From contig NC_068981.1 of NCBI RefSeq assembly GCF_001194135.2, positions 153,130,738 through 153,194,737 of the forward strand: 64,000 bases of DNA. The letters are read 5' to 3'. Each line of letters opens with the position of its first letter. The stretch's first letter is position 1. The translations under genes were made by a program, and so were the position numbers. Origin of the DNA: Octopus bimaculoides. Lineage: Eukaryota. The notes beneath the pieces are model-generated. The model was not told where the DNA came from. It did no database searches and saw nothing but the letters and a program-made list of their open reading frames with translations. This document shows positions 1 through 10,965 of the stretch, piece after piece.

Positions 1-52
<52 letters not shown>

Positions 53-140
53 ATATACATACACATACATGCATACATATATACATACATACATACAAAC
101 ATAAATACATACATACATACATGCATGCATACATATCTAT
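1..140. repeat. (AC)n/(ATAC)n microsatellite
   Basis: Direct reading of the sequence. Confidence 0.95.
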
Positions 141-169
141 AATAATAAATGCCAAAAGGAATTTCAGTG

Positions 170-571
170 TATCAGTGTGTCACAAATTGACCCCCTCTCT
201 CACTATTCATTGACACTTCTACTACTCTTGCTGGGTTGAGAGTAATGATCGGCATAGAGACGGTGAGGGTAGTAGTCAATTGACAGTTGAGATGGTAATG
301 GGGTGATAGTAATAGTAAGAGCTGTAGTTGTGATAGGGGCGGAGGTGACGGTGATGATGATAGTGGTGGTGGTAGGCGGTCAATCATGACGGTAATAGTA
401 AGGGATGTGAAAGACAGTAGTGATGGTGGTGGAGAGGTAGGCGGCGAAGTCAAAGGTGTTGGTGGTGGTAGCGTCAGAAGTCTGAATGGTGTGTATGGCA
501 GCTGTGGTGGCGATGGTGGTTGTACTGGTGATGGTGATGGTCGAAAAAATCAACAGAAAGAGAGAGAGAGA

Positions 572-645
<74 letters not shown>

Positions 646-652
646 AAGAGAG
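170..652. repeat. Degenerate (GGT/GAT)n low-complexity tract followed by (AG)n
   Basis: Direct reading; explains ORFs 172-742. Confidence 0.9.
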
Positions 653-941
653 AGGGGTTAAACAGAAAAAAAAAATTGTACTGACCTCCGAATGGGAAGA
701 CAAAAAATGTTGTTTATCATGAAGCTTTGCAATAAGTTCCAAGTCAACATATTATAACATTGTTTTGACGAAAATTGTTCATTGCCTGAAAATTATTGGT
801 CAAGTTTAATAAAATTTAATACGTACTCAATGCGTGAAGTGTCAATATAAGGCTCAAGGCTCAATGAAGAGCCTTCCACACGAGCCAGCTTAAAAGCTGC
901 CCTAGTGCACACACACCTAACATATATATTTTTATCCCTAA

Positions 942-966
942 TATTATTATTATTTTTTATTATTAA

Positions 967-1030
<64 letters not shown>
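942..1030. repeat. (ATT)n microsatellite
   Basis: Direct reading. Confidence 0.95.
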
Positions 1031-1325
1031 CACATATATATATTATATATATATATATTTATATGTATANNNNNNNNNNNNNNNNNNNNNNNNNNNNNNN
1101 NNNNNNNNNNNNNNNNNNNNNNNNNNNNNNNNNNNNNNNNNNNNNNNNNNNNNNNNNNNNNNNNNNNNNNNNNNNNNNNNNNNNNNNNNNNNNNNNNNNN
1201 NNNNNNNNNNNNNNNNNNNNNNNNNNNNNNNNNNNNNNNNNNNNNNNNNNNNNNNNNNNNNNNNNNNNNNNNNNNNNNNNNNNNNNNNNNNNNTATATAT
1301 ATATACATACATACATACATACATT

Positions 1326-2151
1326 GTCTGATCAATAAGTATCCGGACTATTGCCATAGTAACGAAGCTAAAGCATGCAGAGTAAAGCCGCTTGGCACAA
1401 ATTGACTTTGAACTATGCTTTGCAACGCACAAAGTTTTAACGTTCTAACTCACTTCCGCCGATTACACCAGAGCTTGGAAAGAAGGTGTGTAGCGTGTGA
1501 TCGTCGCATCAATCATAACAGAGAAAGTTGAGCAAAGATACCTGCTCAGAGGCCTGCGCAAAGTTTTCAAAATGTTTTCATCGTTCACGACACAATCGAG
1601 GAGATCTTGTGTAGCTGAGACCCGAGTGTCTTTTTGGTCAGCTGATAGCAATTTTGGCGCAAACTTGGCAGACACGCGTCTCATACCCAAATCTTCGGTG
1701 ATAATGGACTGAACTGAACAGTAACTAATCTGCACCATCCTCTGATAACTCACGGATGGTGATTCGACGATTTTCCCTCACAGTTGTACGCATATCTGCA
1801 ATGTTTTTCTCAGTGCTGCTGGCTGCGGGCTTTCCAGTTAATATCGACATTTTTTCGACCATGTTCGAGACGTCTGAAACACTCGTACACTTGAGTGTGG
1901 CTCAGGCACTCTTCTCCATACACTTTCTGCAACTTTGCGTAGGCCTCTGTGCAGATATCGCCATGACAACTTTCTCTGTCATGGTCAACGCGACGATCAC
2001 ACGCTACACACCTTCTTTCCAAGCATTGCTAGAACGTTAAAACTCAGTGCGCATACATGGCGGAGGTCAAGGTCAATCTTTGCCAAGCGGCTATACTCTG
2101 CGTGCTTTAGCTTCGTTGGTATGGCAATAGCTCGGATATTATTGATCAGAC
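1326..2151 (-). mobile_element. Internally deleted, rearranged mariner (Tc1/mariner) element with ~220-240 bp inverted arms
   Basis: Ends gtctgatcaataa (1326) and ttattgatcagac (2151) are inverted. Minus-strand peptides EAYAKLQKVYGEECLSHTQVYECF and SIITEDLGMRRVSAKFAPKLLSADQK match the mariner N-terminal HTH and the WVPHEL-equivalent linker. No DD34D domain is present. Confidence 0.9.
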
Positions 2152-2203
<52 letters not shown>

Positions 2204-2204
2204 G

Positions 2205-2601
2205 TCTTTTACTCTTTTACTTGTTTCAGTCATTTGACTGCGGCCATGCTGGAGCACCACCTTTAGTCGAGCAAATCGACCCCAGGACTTATTCTTTGTA
2301 AGCCTAGTACTTATTCTATCGGTCTTTTTTGCCGAACCGCTAAGTTACGGGGACGTAAACGCACCAGCATCGGTTATCTAACGATGTTGGAGGGACAAAC
2401 ACAGACACACAAACATATGCACAAACATACATATATATACATATATACGACGGGCTTCTTTCAGTTTCCGTCTACCAAATTCACTCACAAGGCTAAGGTC
2501 GGCCCGAGGCTATAGTAGAAGACACCGAGGTGCCACGCAGTGGGACTGAACCCGAAACTATGTGGTTGGTAAGCAAGCTACTTACTCCATAGCGACTCCT
2601 A
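2205..2601 (-). mobile_element. tRNA-derived SINE family B (CORE-like segment, internal microsatellite)
   Basis: Reverse complement aligns by eye with the + copy at 43671-44155 (head, CORE-like segment, TA/CA tract, 3' body). Confidence 0.8.
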
Positions 2602-2644
2602 TATATATNNNNNNNNNNAGCAAGCTACTTACTCCATAGCGACT

Positions 2645-2683
<39 letters not shown>

Positions 2684-2684
2684 A

Positions 2685-2850
2685 CATATACGACGAGATT
2701 TGTTCAGTTTCCGTCTATCAAACCCACTCAAAAAGCTTTGGTTGGTCCGGGATAATAGTGGAAGACACTTGCCCAAGTTTCCACGCAGTTCTGAACCCAA
2801 ACCATGTAGAGGGAAGCAAATGTCTTACCACACAGCCATGTATACGCATA
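2685..2850 (-). mobile_element. SINE family B 5' half, diverged
   Basis: Contains gaagacacttgcccaag and cagtttccgtcta, shared with the other B copies. Confidence 0.7.
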
Positions 2851-3004
2851 TGAAATCGATTTTATAATAAATCTCTAACATGAATTTGGATCTTTGGCAC
2901 TTTTAAGAATCCATTCGTACCATACAACGCAGTTCTTTGGTGTTTCTAGAAATCTCCTTGGTGAAATCTGTTATGTATTCCTTTGTCTCTTTTATAAATC
3001 AATC

Positions 3005-3130
3005 TCTCAGCCCTGATCAAGCACATCTCTGATCATGATGTATCTAAAGCTATAAAATACAATGTGTCTTGCACTTTCTCAAGACGAATTCAGTGAGTTG
3101 AAGAAAATTTGGTTGTTGTTCTTTGCAATT
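3005..3130 (-). repeat. Dispersed repeat family D fragment (unclassified)
   Basis: The motif gccctgatcaagca...tgatca recurs at ~40250, ~45770 and ~49825; the opposite-strand end ctagaaatagca occurs at ~6915 and ~50830. Confidence 0.5.
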
Positions 3131-3339
3131 TCAGTCATCACGTAGAGTCTTCCTTCATTAGAGCAGTGTTTCTTTTACAAATCTGTTGAGAGACATGTAC
3201 GTAATGCACTGATTCTAGTTTAGAAAACAGAGCCTTAAGCAATAAAAAGAAAACAAAGTTAGTCTGTATCTATTACGTCTGATGTGTAATTTGTCAAATA
3301 ATAAATAAAATATCAGATGAAAACCAAATTACCAGGATA

Positions 3340-3560
3340 ACGTTAGTTTCGCCAGGTTGCCTTCTTCTTCTCTGTCTGTCCGCCCGTTCATTTGTCTGTC
3401 TGTCTATCTGCCTGCCTTGAAATCTTTTTCTCTCTCCACCCCATGGAGAATGGTTCTACCCGAACCGTTTGAACTAGTGTCTTTCACGATTTTCGAACTT
3501 ATTCAAATTCTGCTTCTAGATTTAAACGTCTATAGAAAAAGATTTTGTCACGTAATCTTA
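3340..3560 (+). mobile_element. Possible HINE/DINE-1-like non-autonomous Helentron fragment
   Basis: ttagtttcgcc start, then a (GTCY)n tract, then aaccgtttgaact, the typical DINE-1 layout; 3' hairpin not found. Confidence 0.3.
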
Positions 3561-3767
3561 GTTAATCATAGATTTTCAACTCATGCGTGAGTTGCAAGTA
3601 TGTGAGACCTTAGAGCTTATACTGTTTATGAACAAAAATAGATATTGAGGGAGATATCTATTTCGATTGTTACCTAAAGATGCTTGACATTTGCTGTTTG
3701 TTAAGTAAAATTTGTTACCCTTACAAAAGAGACATGAAAAACTCGTGACGTATAGATACACAAATAA

Positions 3768-3812
<45 letters not shown>

Positions 3813-3983
3813 CATACATTCGTAAACATCCAAGTATGAACAGACGTACACACTTGGGTGTATGTTTCGACAGTTGAGCCAACATACCAACTCAACCATA
3901 TATTTACAAATACCGGGAACTCTCATAACTCAAAAAGCCTTCTTGCTTTGTTAGCGACCGGCTTGAACTTGTCGGCTTGAACT

Positions 3984-4031
3984 TGTATGTATGTATGTGT
4001 GTATGTATGTATGTATGTATGTATGTATGTA

Positions 4032-4078
<47 letters not shown>

Positions 4079-4092
4079 GTGTGTGTGTGTGT
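3984..4092. repeat. (TATG)n/(TG)n microsatellite
   Basis: Direct reading. Confidence 0.95.
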
Positions 4093-4394
4093 AGATTTGT
4101 ATGTTTTGTTTTATGCATATTTTGTTTTATGTATTCTCATGCATCTGGCTGCATATCTAGACATTCTCATGCATATAGCTGCATGTCTAGACATGCTCAT
4201 ATATACTTAAATGATAAATTTCTGGAAAGTTTTTAAGATTTTTACAATTCCAGTGATGGCATGGATATGTAGTCTTCGAATCACCTTTCTCCTTTCCGGT
4301 TTTGAGATGCCTAATTTCTCAAGATTGGTACTTAGGCAGTGTTATATATATCCCACTGTCCCAATAATTACAGGTATAAACCTGAACTTGTAAT

Positions 4395-4845
4395 CTGGGT
4401 AGATACTCCATGCACAAACCCTAAGAAAAGAAAAGGCTTAGGGAGTCAACCTCAACTGCAAAACGAAGGAGTGAGTCCTTCAGGTGGTCCGATGCCCCCT
4501 TTGTCACCTGTCAGGGAACTTCAAGGAAGGTAAAGCTCTCAAACGCTGTGAGACAATTCACATAGGAGAAGGCCGTCCCAATGTAAAACTTAGAGCTTGT
4601 TCGTTACTGAAGCCGTCTTATCTCGTTGAGCCACTGTGGGTCAGACCTCCATCTCTAATCAGTGCAATCGAATTGTGCAAACTAACTCTCAATTTAAAAC
4701 TACAAAGAGCAGGCAGGAAGAAAAGTTCCTGCAACAATGAAGAAGAAATGAAAATGACAGCTATTGGATAATGCTGGCAGTCGCAGCCGCATCTCCTCAT
4801 GGAAGCAGCCACTCTTCCTCGTGATTTTCGGTCACGAAGAACTGC

Positions 4846-4876
<31 letters not shown>

Positions 4877-4900
4877 GTCGTCGTCGTCGTCATCATCATC
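4395..4900 (+). mobile_element. Possible short RTE-derived non-autonomous element ending in (ATC)n
   Basis: GC-elevated unique-looking block with an aggagaagg...taaaac motif reminiscent of RTE 5' UTRs, ending directly in an (ATC/GTC)n tail. Family assignment is from memory only. Confidence 0.3.
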
Positions 4901-5482
4901 GACATGTGTATGTATGTATGTATGTATGTATGTATGTATGTATGTATGTATGTATGTATATACGGCATTAATAAAATACAGTAAATATGCATGGTATTTT
5001 ATGCTTTATAAAGCATACACTAATTTCGGCAAATTGACTGTCAGGATTACTTAATTGCTAGTTGAACTATTATATAATATCATCTTAAATATATACATAA
5101 GCATATTCTCATTCCTCTTCTTAAATTTTACATGACTTCGCTGTGCAAAATCTTTTCGGACCTGCATTGCATCTTTTTCACACCGTTACACGCTTTTTAG
5201 AGCAAAGAACAAGGAGTGAGTGTTAATGTGGAAAAAAATGTATGAAGAGCACTTGATAAGGTTGAAGGCTGTATCGAAAGGAATTCAACGAACTAATAAA
5301 TTAGGTTATTAATGTAGTAATTGTTTAACTAATTATTTAATGGGTTAATATAACTGAAGTGAAATATAACCGATCAACCAGCGTGTGTGTTTATATTTGC
5401 AATATGACTTTCTCAAAGAACGAAATAATTGTTTGAACACGGAAATTTGCATCTGGAATCTTACGGAACAAATACAAATATG

Positions 5483-5550
<68 letters not shown>

Positions 5551-5684
5551 NNNNNNNNNNNNNNNNNNNNNNNNNNNNNNNNNNNNNNNNNNNNNNNNNN
5601 NNNNNNNNNNNNNNNNNNNNNNNNNNNNNNNNNNNNNNNNNNNNNNNNNNNNNNNNNNNNNNNNNNNNNNNNNNNNNNNNNNNN

Positions 5685-5751
<67 letters not shown>
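5483..5751. repeat. (TG)n spanning an N-gap
   Basis: Direct reading. Confidence 0.95.
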
Positions 5752-5753
<2 letters not shown>

Positions 5754-8398
5754 AGATATTACTTGATGTCGTTTTACGTTTCCAGCTGTTCTTGGATTAC
5801 AGAAACACGAACTGGTTATCATTTCAGATTTTGTGAAATGTTAATTCTGGTGCTTATCTTTTCAACGAAATGCAGCTTTTCGCGCCTCCAGTTCCCTTGT
5901 TGCAAATAATAAACTGGAAATAACAAGTTTCCAGCCACGAGTTACAATCAAAGGGAACATTGAACAAAATAATAGTGCTCAAACATATTGAAATAGTTTG
6001 ATATGTATACTCAATTACAGGTGTTTTGAAGAATGTATGTAAGTGCCGCTTAGACATATGTTCATATGTTCATATGTTCATACCGGTATGTAGATATGAA
6101 GATATATATAAAAGTATATGTGTGAATATGAAGATACAGTGTTCAGAGGAATGTATATAAGTGCATCTTAGCTATATGTGGATGACTGTATGAGTATATG
6201 AACATATATAAAAGTATATGTAGGGATATAAAGATACAGTGAATAGATATGTATATGTGTTGTTCAGACATTAAATGATAAAAGGAAGAAAAAGATTAAT
6301 TCAAAAAGAATCTAATTTTACAGTGTTCAGTGTTTAGTGGTGATGGAGGTTGTCATCTTCTAAATTACAAGGTAGCGGCAGTTATTTGGAAACTGATAAC
6401 CACGAACGGAAGTAGCCGAACCTTAAATTAAAGTCACTCGGCTTTACTGTAAAGAGTTAGACTCTTACTGTAGTTAATCAGGAATATTTCTCGCCATAAT
6501 CAGTGTTACCAGCTTAAGGTTCATTAGCGCTGCTTACTAGAAAACTGTCTGAATGTGGTGTTTTCTAAAGCTGGGGAATCGGGTGCTGTCCAATAAAATA
6601 ATATCACTCTATGATTATTCTGATACACCGCTTACAAAATGTCTTGTGGTTGATAAAAGAACACATTACTTTAAAATATAGTGTCGTTGTTTAAGATAAA
6701 GTTTAGTAGAGCGTCCGCAATCTTCAAATAAACGGAGTGTTTCTTGGAAAATCTGAAAGCTTTGTATTTAATGTGTAACAGAAATTCCTTAGCATTCTTA
6801 CAGAGAATGGTATTTCATTTTAGTTCGTTTTGAATACATTAAGAAACACTTTAGCGATACTAAAATAAACTAGCTCTGACGAGCTAACGGCGAAGTCTTG
6901 TAGTGGTCACTCGACTTGCCAGAAATAGCAACAAATATTTGTGTACGTGCGTCTGTTTGAGGATGTAATTATATGTATGTAATTTTGAAATGATCGAATG
7001 TATTAAAATATGAGGCTACTAGGTCATGGTTTTAAGCTTAACTATTCTACAAACATTAATGCGTGTTTCAATTTACATAACATGACGGAAGTGCGTTGCT
7101 GGAGAGGCAAATTCCTCACTTATCAGTTTAATAGCACTTGAACTAAGCACCGGGTTTCTTAGTCTTGTCAATCATCGAGAATAGTTTAACACATAGGGAT
7201 CTCACGGTTTCGAGAGTGAGTATACTTGTTGGTCTCTAAAGAAACTACTTACTTATTGATATATAGTGTAAATGGCTTAGTTTGGTGAGAGGAAAAGAAA
7301 AAAAATTAGCCTCAGACTTAGAGATATAACTCAAATGCTTGCAGTAAAGTGCACCTAATAACAAAAACGATCCTTCTGGCAGGTTTTCACACTATTTCGG
7401 TCAACCAAATTTCACTTACAAGACTTCGAGCGATCTGAGAATGTGATAGAAAACACTTGCTCAAAGTATTACGGTGTGCGAGCAAACCCGAAATCAGATA
7501 CATATAAAAGGAAACCTTTTTAACCTCGGTTACTTGGATATAGGCCGAAACGTTTTAGAGACAATAACTATGGGAAGAAAATTTTCTCCAAGACAAAATC
7601 TCTCAGCGAATGCCGTTGGCGTTCGAAGATGCAGAAACGAGTTGATAATAACAGTGCACGTATTTATTTGATCTTCTCTGCTTCATGCGTTTATACTGTC
7701 TATCTACATGTATGTATGTATGTATGTATGTATGTATGTATGTATGTATGTATGTATGTATGTATGTATGTATGTCTCTTCTATATTTTAATTCTTATAA
7801 ATCTTCCAACAAAGATACAAGACTCCATCTTTGGGATGTAGTTAACGCAGGCAAATACACATTTGGAACTTGAGAAAACACTTGCATGTTTTTACTGTTC
7901 CACTCACAAATTGGACATGTAATGTACGAATCAGCAGGTCAATTTCTCTTTCTGAAAATCCCAGTTTATCCAGATTCTCCTTTAAGCGTATATATGTATG
8001 TAAGTATGTATGTATGTATGTATGTATGTATGTATGTATGTATGTATGCATGCATGTATATATATATGTATGAATGCATGTATTTCTCTCTTTCTCTCTC
8101 TCTTTCTCTCTCTCTATATATATNNNNNNNNNNNNNNNNNNNNNNNNNNNNNNNNNNNNNNNNNNNNNNNNNNNNNNNNNNNNNNNNNNNNNNNNNNNNN
8201 NNNNNNNNNNNNNNNNNNNNNNNNNNNNNNNNNNNNNNNNNNNNNNNNNNNNNNNNNNNNNNNNNNNNNNNNNNNNNNNNNNNNNNNNNNNNNNNNNNNN
8301 NNNNNNNNNNNNNNNNNNNNNNNNNNNNNNNNNNNNNNNNNNNNNNNNNNNNNNNNNNNNNATATATATATATATATATATATATGTTTATATATATG

Positions 8399-8430
<32 letters not shown>

Positions 8431-8478
8431 CAGACACACAAATGTGCACATGTGTGTACATACATATATTATCATTGC

Positions 8479-8527
<49 letters not shown>

Positions 8528-8560
8528 AACATCAATAATAACAACAACAACAATAATGAT

Positions 8561-8775
8561 AATCCTTTCTGCTACAGGCATAAGGTCTCTGAAATTTTGC
8601 GGGAGAGGGCTAGTCGATTACATCGACTCCAGTATGTAACTGGTACTTATTTCATCAAGCTCGAAATGATGAAAGGCAAAAGCAACCTCGGCAAAAATTG
8701 AAGTCAGTAAGTAAAATCAAAGAAATACCGGTAAGCATTTTGTCCGGCGCGTTAATGATTTTACCTGCACACCGC
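8561..8775 (-). mobile_element. SINE family A (tail type i)
   Basis: Reverse complement of the A consensus (gcctttcatc...aagtaccag...gtcgatgtaatcgact), with (AAT/AAC)n tail at 8480-8560. Confidence 0.8.
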
Positions 8776-9519
8776 TTTTTTAGTGCTTCATTAACTAATA
8801 TAGGAGTGTCTGTATTTACCGACGCATAGATTTTTGCACAGCGTACATAATATCCACTTTTCCTTTTCTCGCTATTACCCTCTCTCACATTTCATGGCAC
8901 TCCCTTCATTCTCATCACTTTCCCTCCTCCTTTACCTCAGTCTGTCCCTTTCCTTTTTTCTCTCTTTCTCGTCCCTTCCTAATTCTTCAATCCCTCTATC
9001 CATTACCCCACTCCTCTCCTTCCACGTGACCGATGTTCGGCCATGCCTGACCTTTCTTTCTTGGTTCGACTACCAGCCGTGCAGCATCTCTCGTATTTCT
9101 TCCCATGATATTCATCTTTTATGTTCCTGCCGTAAGGCTTCACTTCCGCACACGCCAACTTAATTCAATTCGTCCTTAGTCGAAAGACACCTGTTGTTAA
9201 TGTCCCGTTGTTTGTATTTGTAATTGTGTAACATTTCTCCACTTTTTTCTTTTCGTCCTAGTTTTCGTATACATTCGCTTGCCTTTTTCCAAAGAATCTA
9301 GTGTTCTTAGCTTAGATTTCCCTGGGGCCGGCCAGATTAGAGCAGTCTCGAGATTAACCGGCCGAAACTGTAAAGACGATCTGCTTCTCGACTGAAGATT
9401 GAAAGCTCCGAATGTCCCGTCCTTGTTTTTTCCTGTCCTTTTTTTGTATCACCGACTGTCCGAATGTTTTGTTGTTTCCTGTTGCGTTCTTGTTCCATTT
9501 TTTGTTTTGGCTGTGTGGT

Positions 9520-9561
9520 TGAGGCGCAGTAGTGGCTGTGTGGTAAGTAGCTTGCTTACGA
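9520..9561 (+). mobile_element. SINE family B head fragment (A-box half only)
   Basis: ggcgcagtagtggctgtgtggtaagtagcttgctta matches the B head (cf. 43671 and the reverse complement of 2570-2600) and stops abruptly. Confidence 0.7.
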
Positions 9562-10420
9562 ACGGCGCATGCGTCGCTAGTTAGTCTGTTGCTTACAGAG
9601 AGAGAAGACGCAAGTTTCGGTTCCGTGAATAGAAAAAAAGAACAAAAAGAAAAGTCCGCAAGGTGAGTCGTTTTTTTGTCCTCCGAGCTGGGCGGGAATT
9701 TATTGTTTTCTTTTTTTTCAGTAAGTTCCTGCCTAGCTCTGGAGCAATTTCGTCTGCCTTAGCGGCTTTAAATTGTAGCTCGTTTTAGCGAGCAAAAATT
9801 TTGTGTTCCTCGTTATTNNNNNNNNNNNNNNNNNNNNNNNNNNNNNNNNNTAAGTAGCTTGCTTACGAACGGCGCATGCGTCGCTAGTTAGTCTGTTGCT
9901 TACAGAGAGAGAAGACGCAAGTTTCGGTTCCGTGAATAGAAAAAAAGAACAAAAAGAAAAGTCCGCAAGGTGAGTCGTTTTTTTGTCCTCCGAGCTGGGC
10001 GGGAATTTATTGTTTTCTTTTTATTTTTATTTTTCCCTTCTATTTTTTTTTCTTTCTAAATTTCTTTCTTTCTAAAGTTCTTGATACTATCACCGTCTTC
10101 CCAAAAGCAACAATAGAAAAATACTTGTCCTCTGTGAAATACATATCCTGCGATGTCAAGCATGCAACCGTATGGTTGCTGTTTGACACCCCAGAGGAGG
10201 CTCGCAATTTTGCGAGCCAGCCCTTGAAGGGCAACGAAATTCTGTTCCTCCCGTTGTACTGCGGGAAGAAATTAATAAGAGCCTGGGTATGTGGGTTACC
10301 CCCAGGCACCGAGGCGGGTTGGATTGAAGATACCATCCGACGGGGCCTGGGGGATAGCGGGCCCAGGCTCTTAAATGTAAAGGTCATAAGGCTTTCCGTG
10401 GGGGAAAAGCTTAGAAGACT
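9562..10420 (+). mobile_element. 5' end and ORF1 fragment of a Tx1/L1-like non-LTR retrotransposon
   Basis: Open frame from ~10071: VLDTITVFPKATIEKYLSSVKYISCDVKHATVWLLFDTPEEARNFASQPLKGNEILFLPLYCGKKLIRAWVCGLPP, an RRM-like gag ORF1 pattern (F..xEEA, V.GLPP). No zinc knuckle or ORF2 is retained. Confidence 0.55.
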
Positions 10421-10937
10421 TAAAGAGGATTGTTGCATATGGCCGGTTGACCCTAACATGACATATGCCTCGTACATGAATGAGGCATGGGAAATGGCGG
10501 GGTCCGAGAACTGAAGCGGCGCTGAAAATAAGACGAAAATTGGCACGAGTCTCGGCTCATACAGCAGATTATTCGTACAATGGGGTACTCATACTGCGAG
10601 GTTCTACTGTATATATATATAAAACCCAAACCCTTGGCTACACCAACGCACCTATACACACTCCACCTCACCATTCTCCCTTTCTCACACACGCACACAC
10701 ACGCACGCACATACACATACGCGGGCACACACGCCAACACACACACACGCGCACACACACAGTTACTACCACACAAACACGCACACACACACATACAACA
10801 CACATTCTCTGACCATCTTCACACTCTCCTGTCCCAGAAACCACTTTCGCTTTCTTCCACTTCCGGTCGCTTCAGAAATGTAAACGCACGTGAATTCTTG
10901 GTGATTTTTCCATCTTTCTCTTTGGACTTTTCTCTTT

Positions 10938-10965
10938 CCGACGAAGAGCTAAACTTGAAACGTTA
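10938..10965 (+). ncRNA. Decayed Penelope-type minimal hammerhead ribozyme motif
   Basis: CCGACGA-A-GAG-CTAAA-CTT-GAAACGTTA; core U4 is mutated to C and stem II carries a CpG-type C>T change. Confidence 0.45.

Noticed and set aside
2571-2660. Identical ~38-bp sequence on both sides of the 2609-2618 gap
   Set aside because: Typical unmerged contig overlap; assembly artefact rather than a tandem repeat.
7540-7570. ggccGAAACGTT resembling a hammerhead 3' half
   Set aside because: No CUGANGA upstream.
9543-10020. About 170-bp exact duplication across the 9818-9850 gap
   Set aside because: Most likely a scaffolding overlap or haplotype artefact; cannot be treated as an LTR pair.
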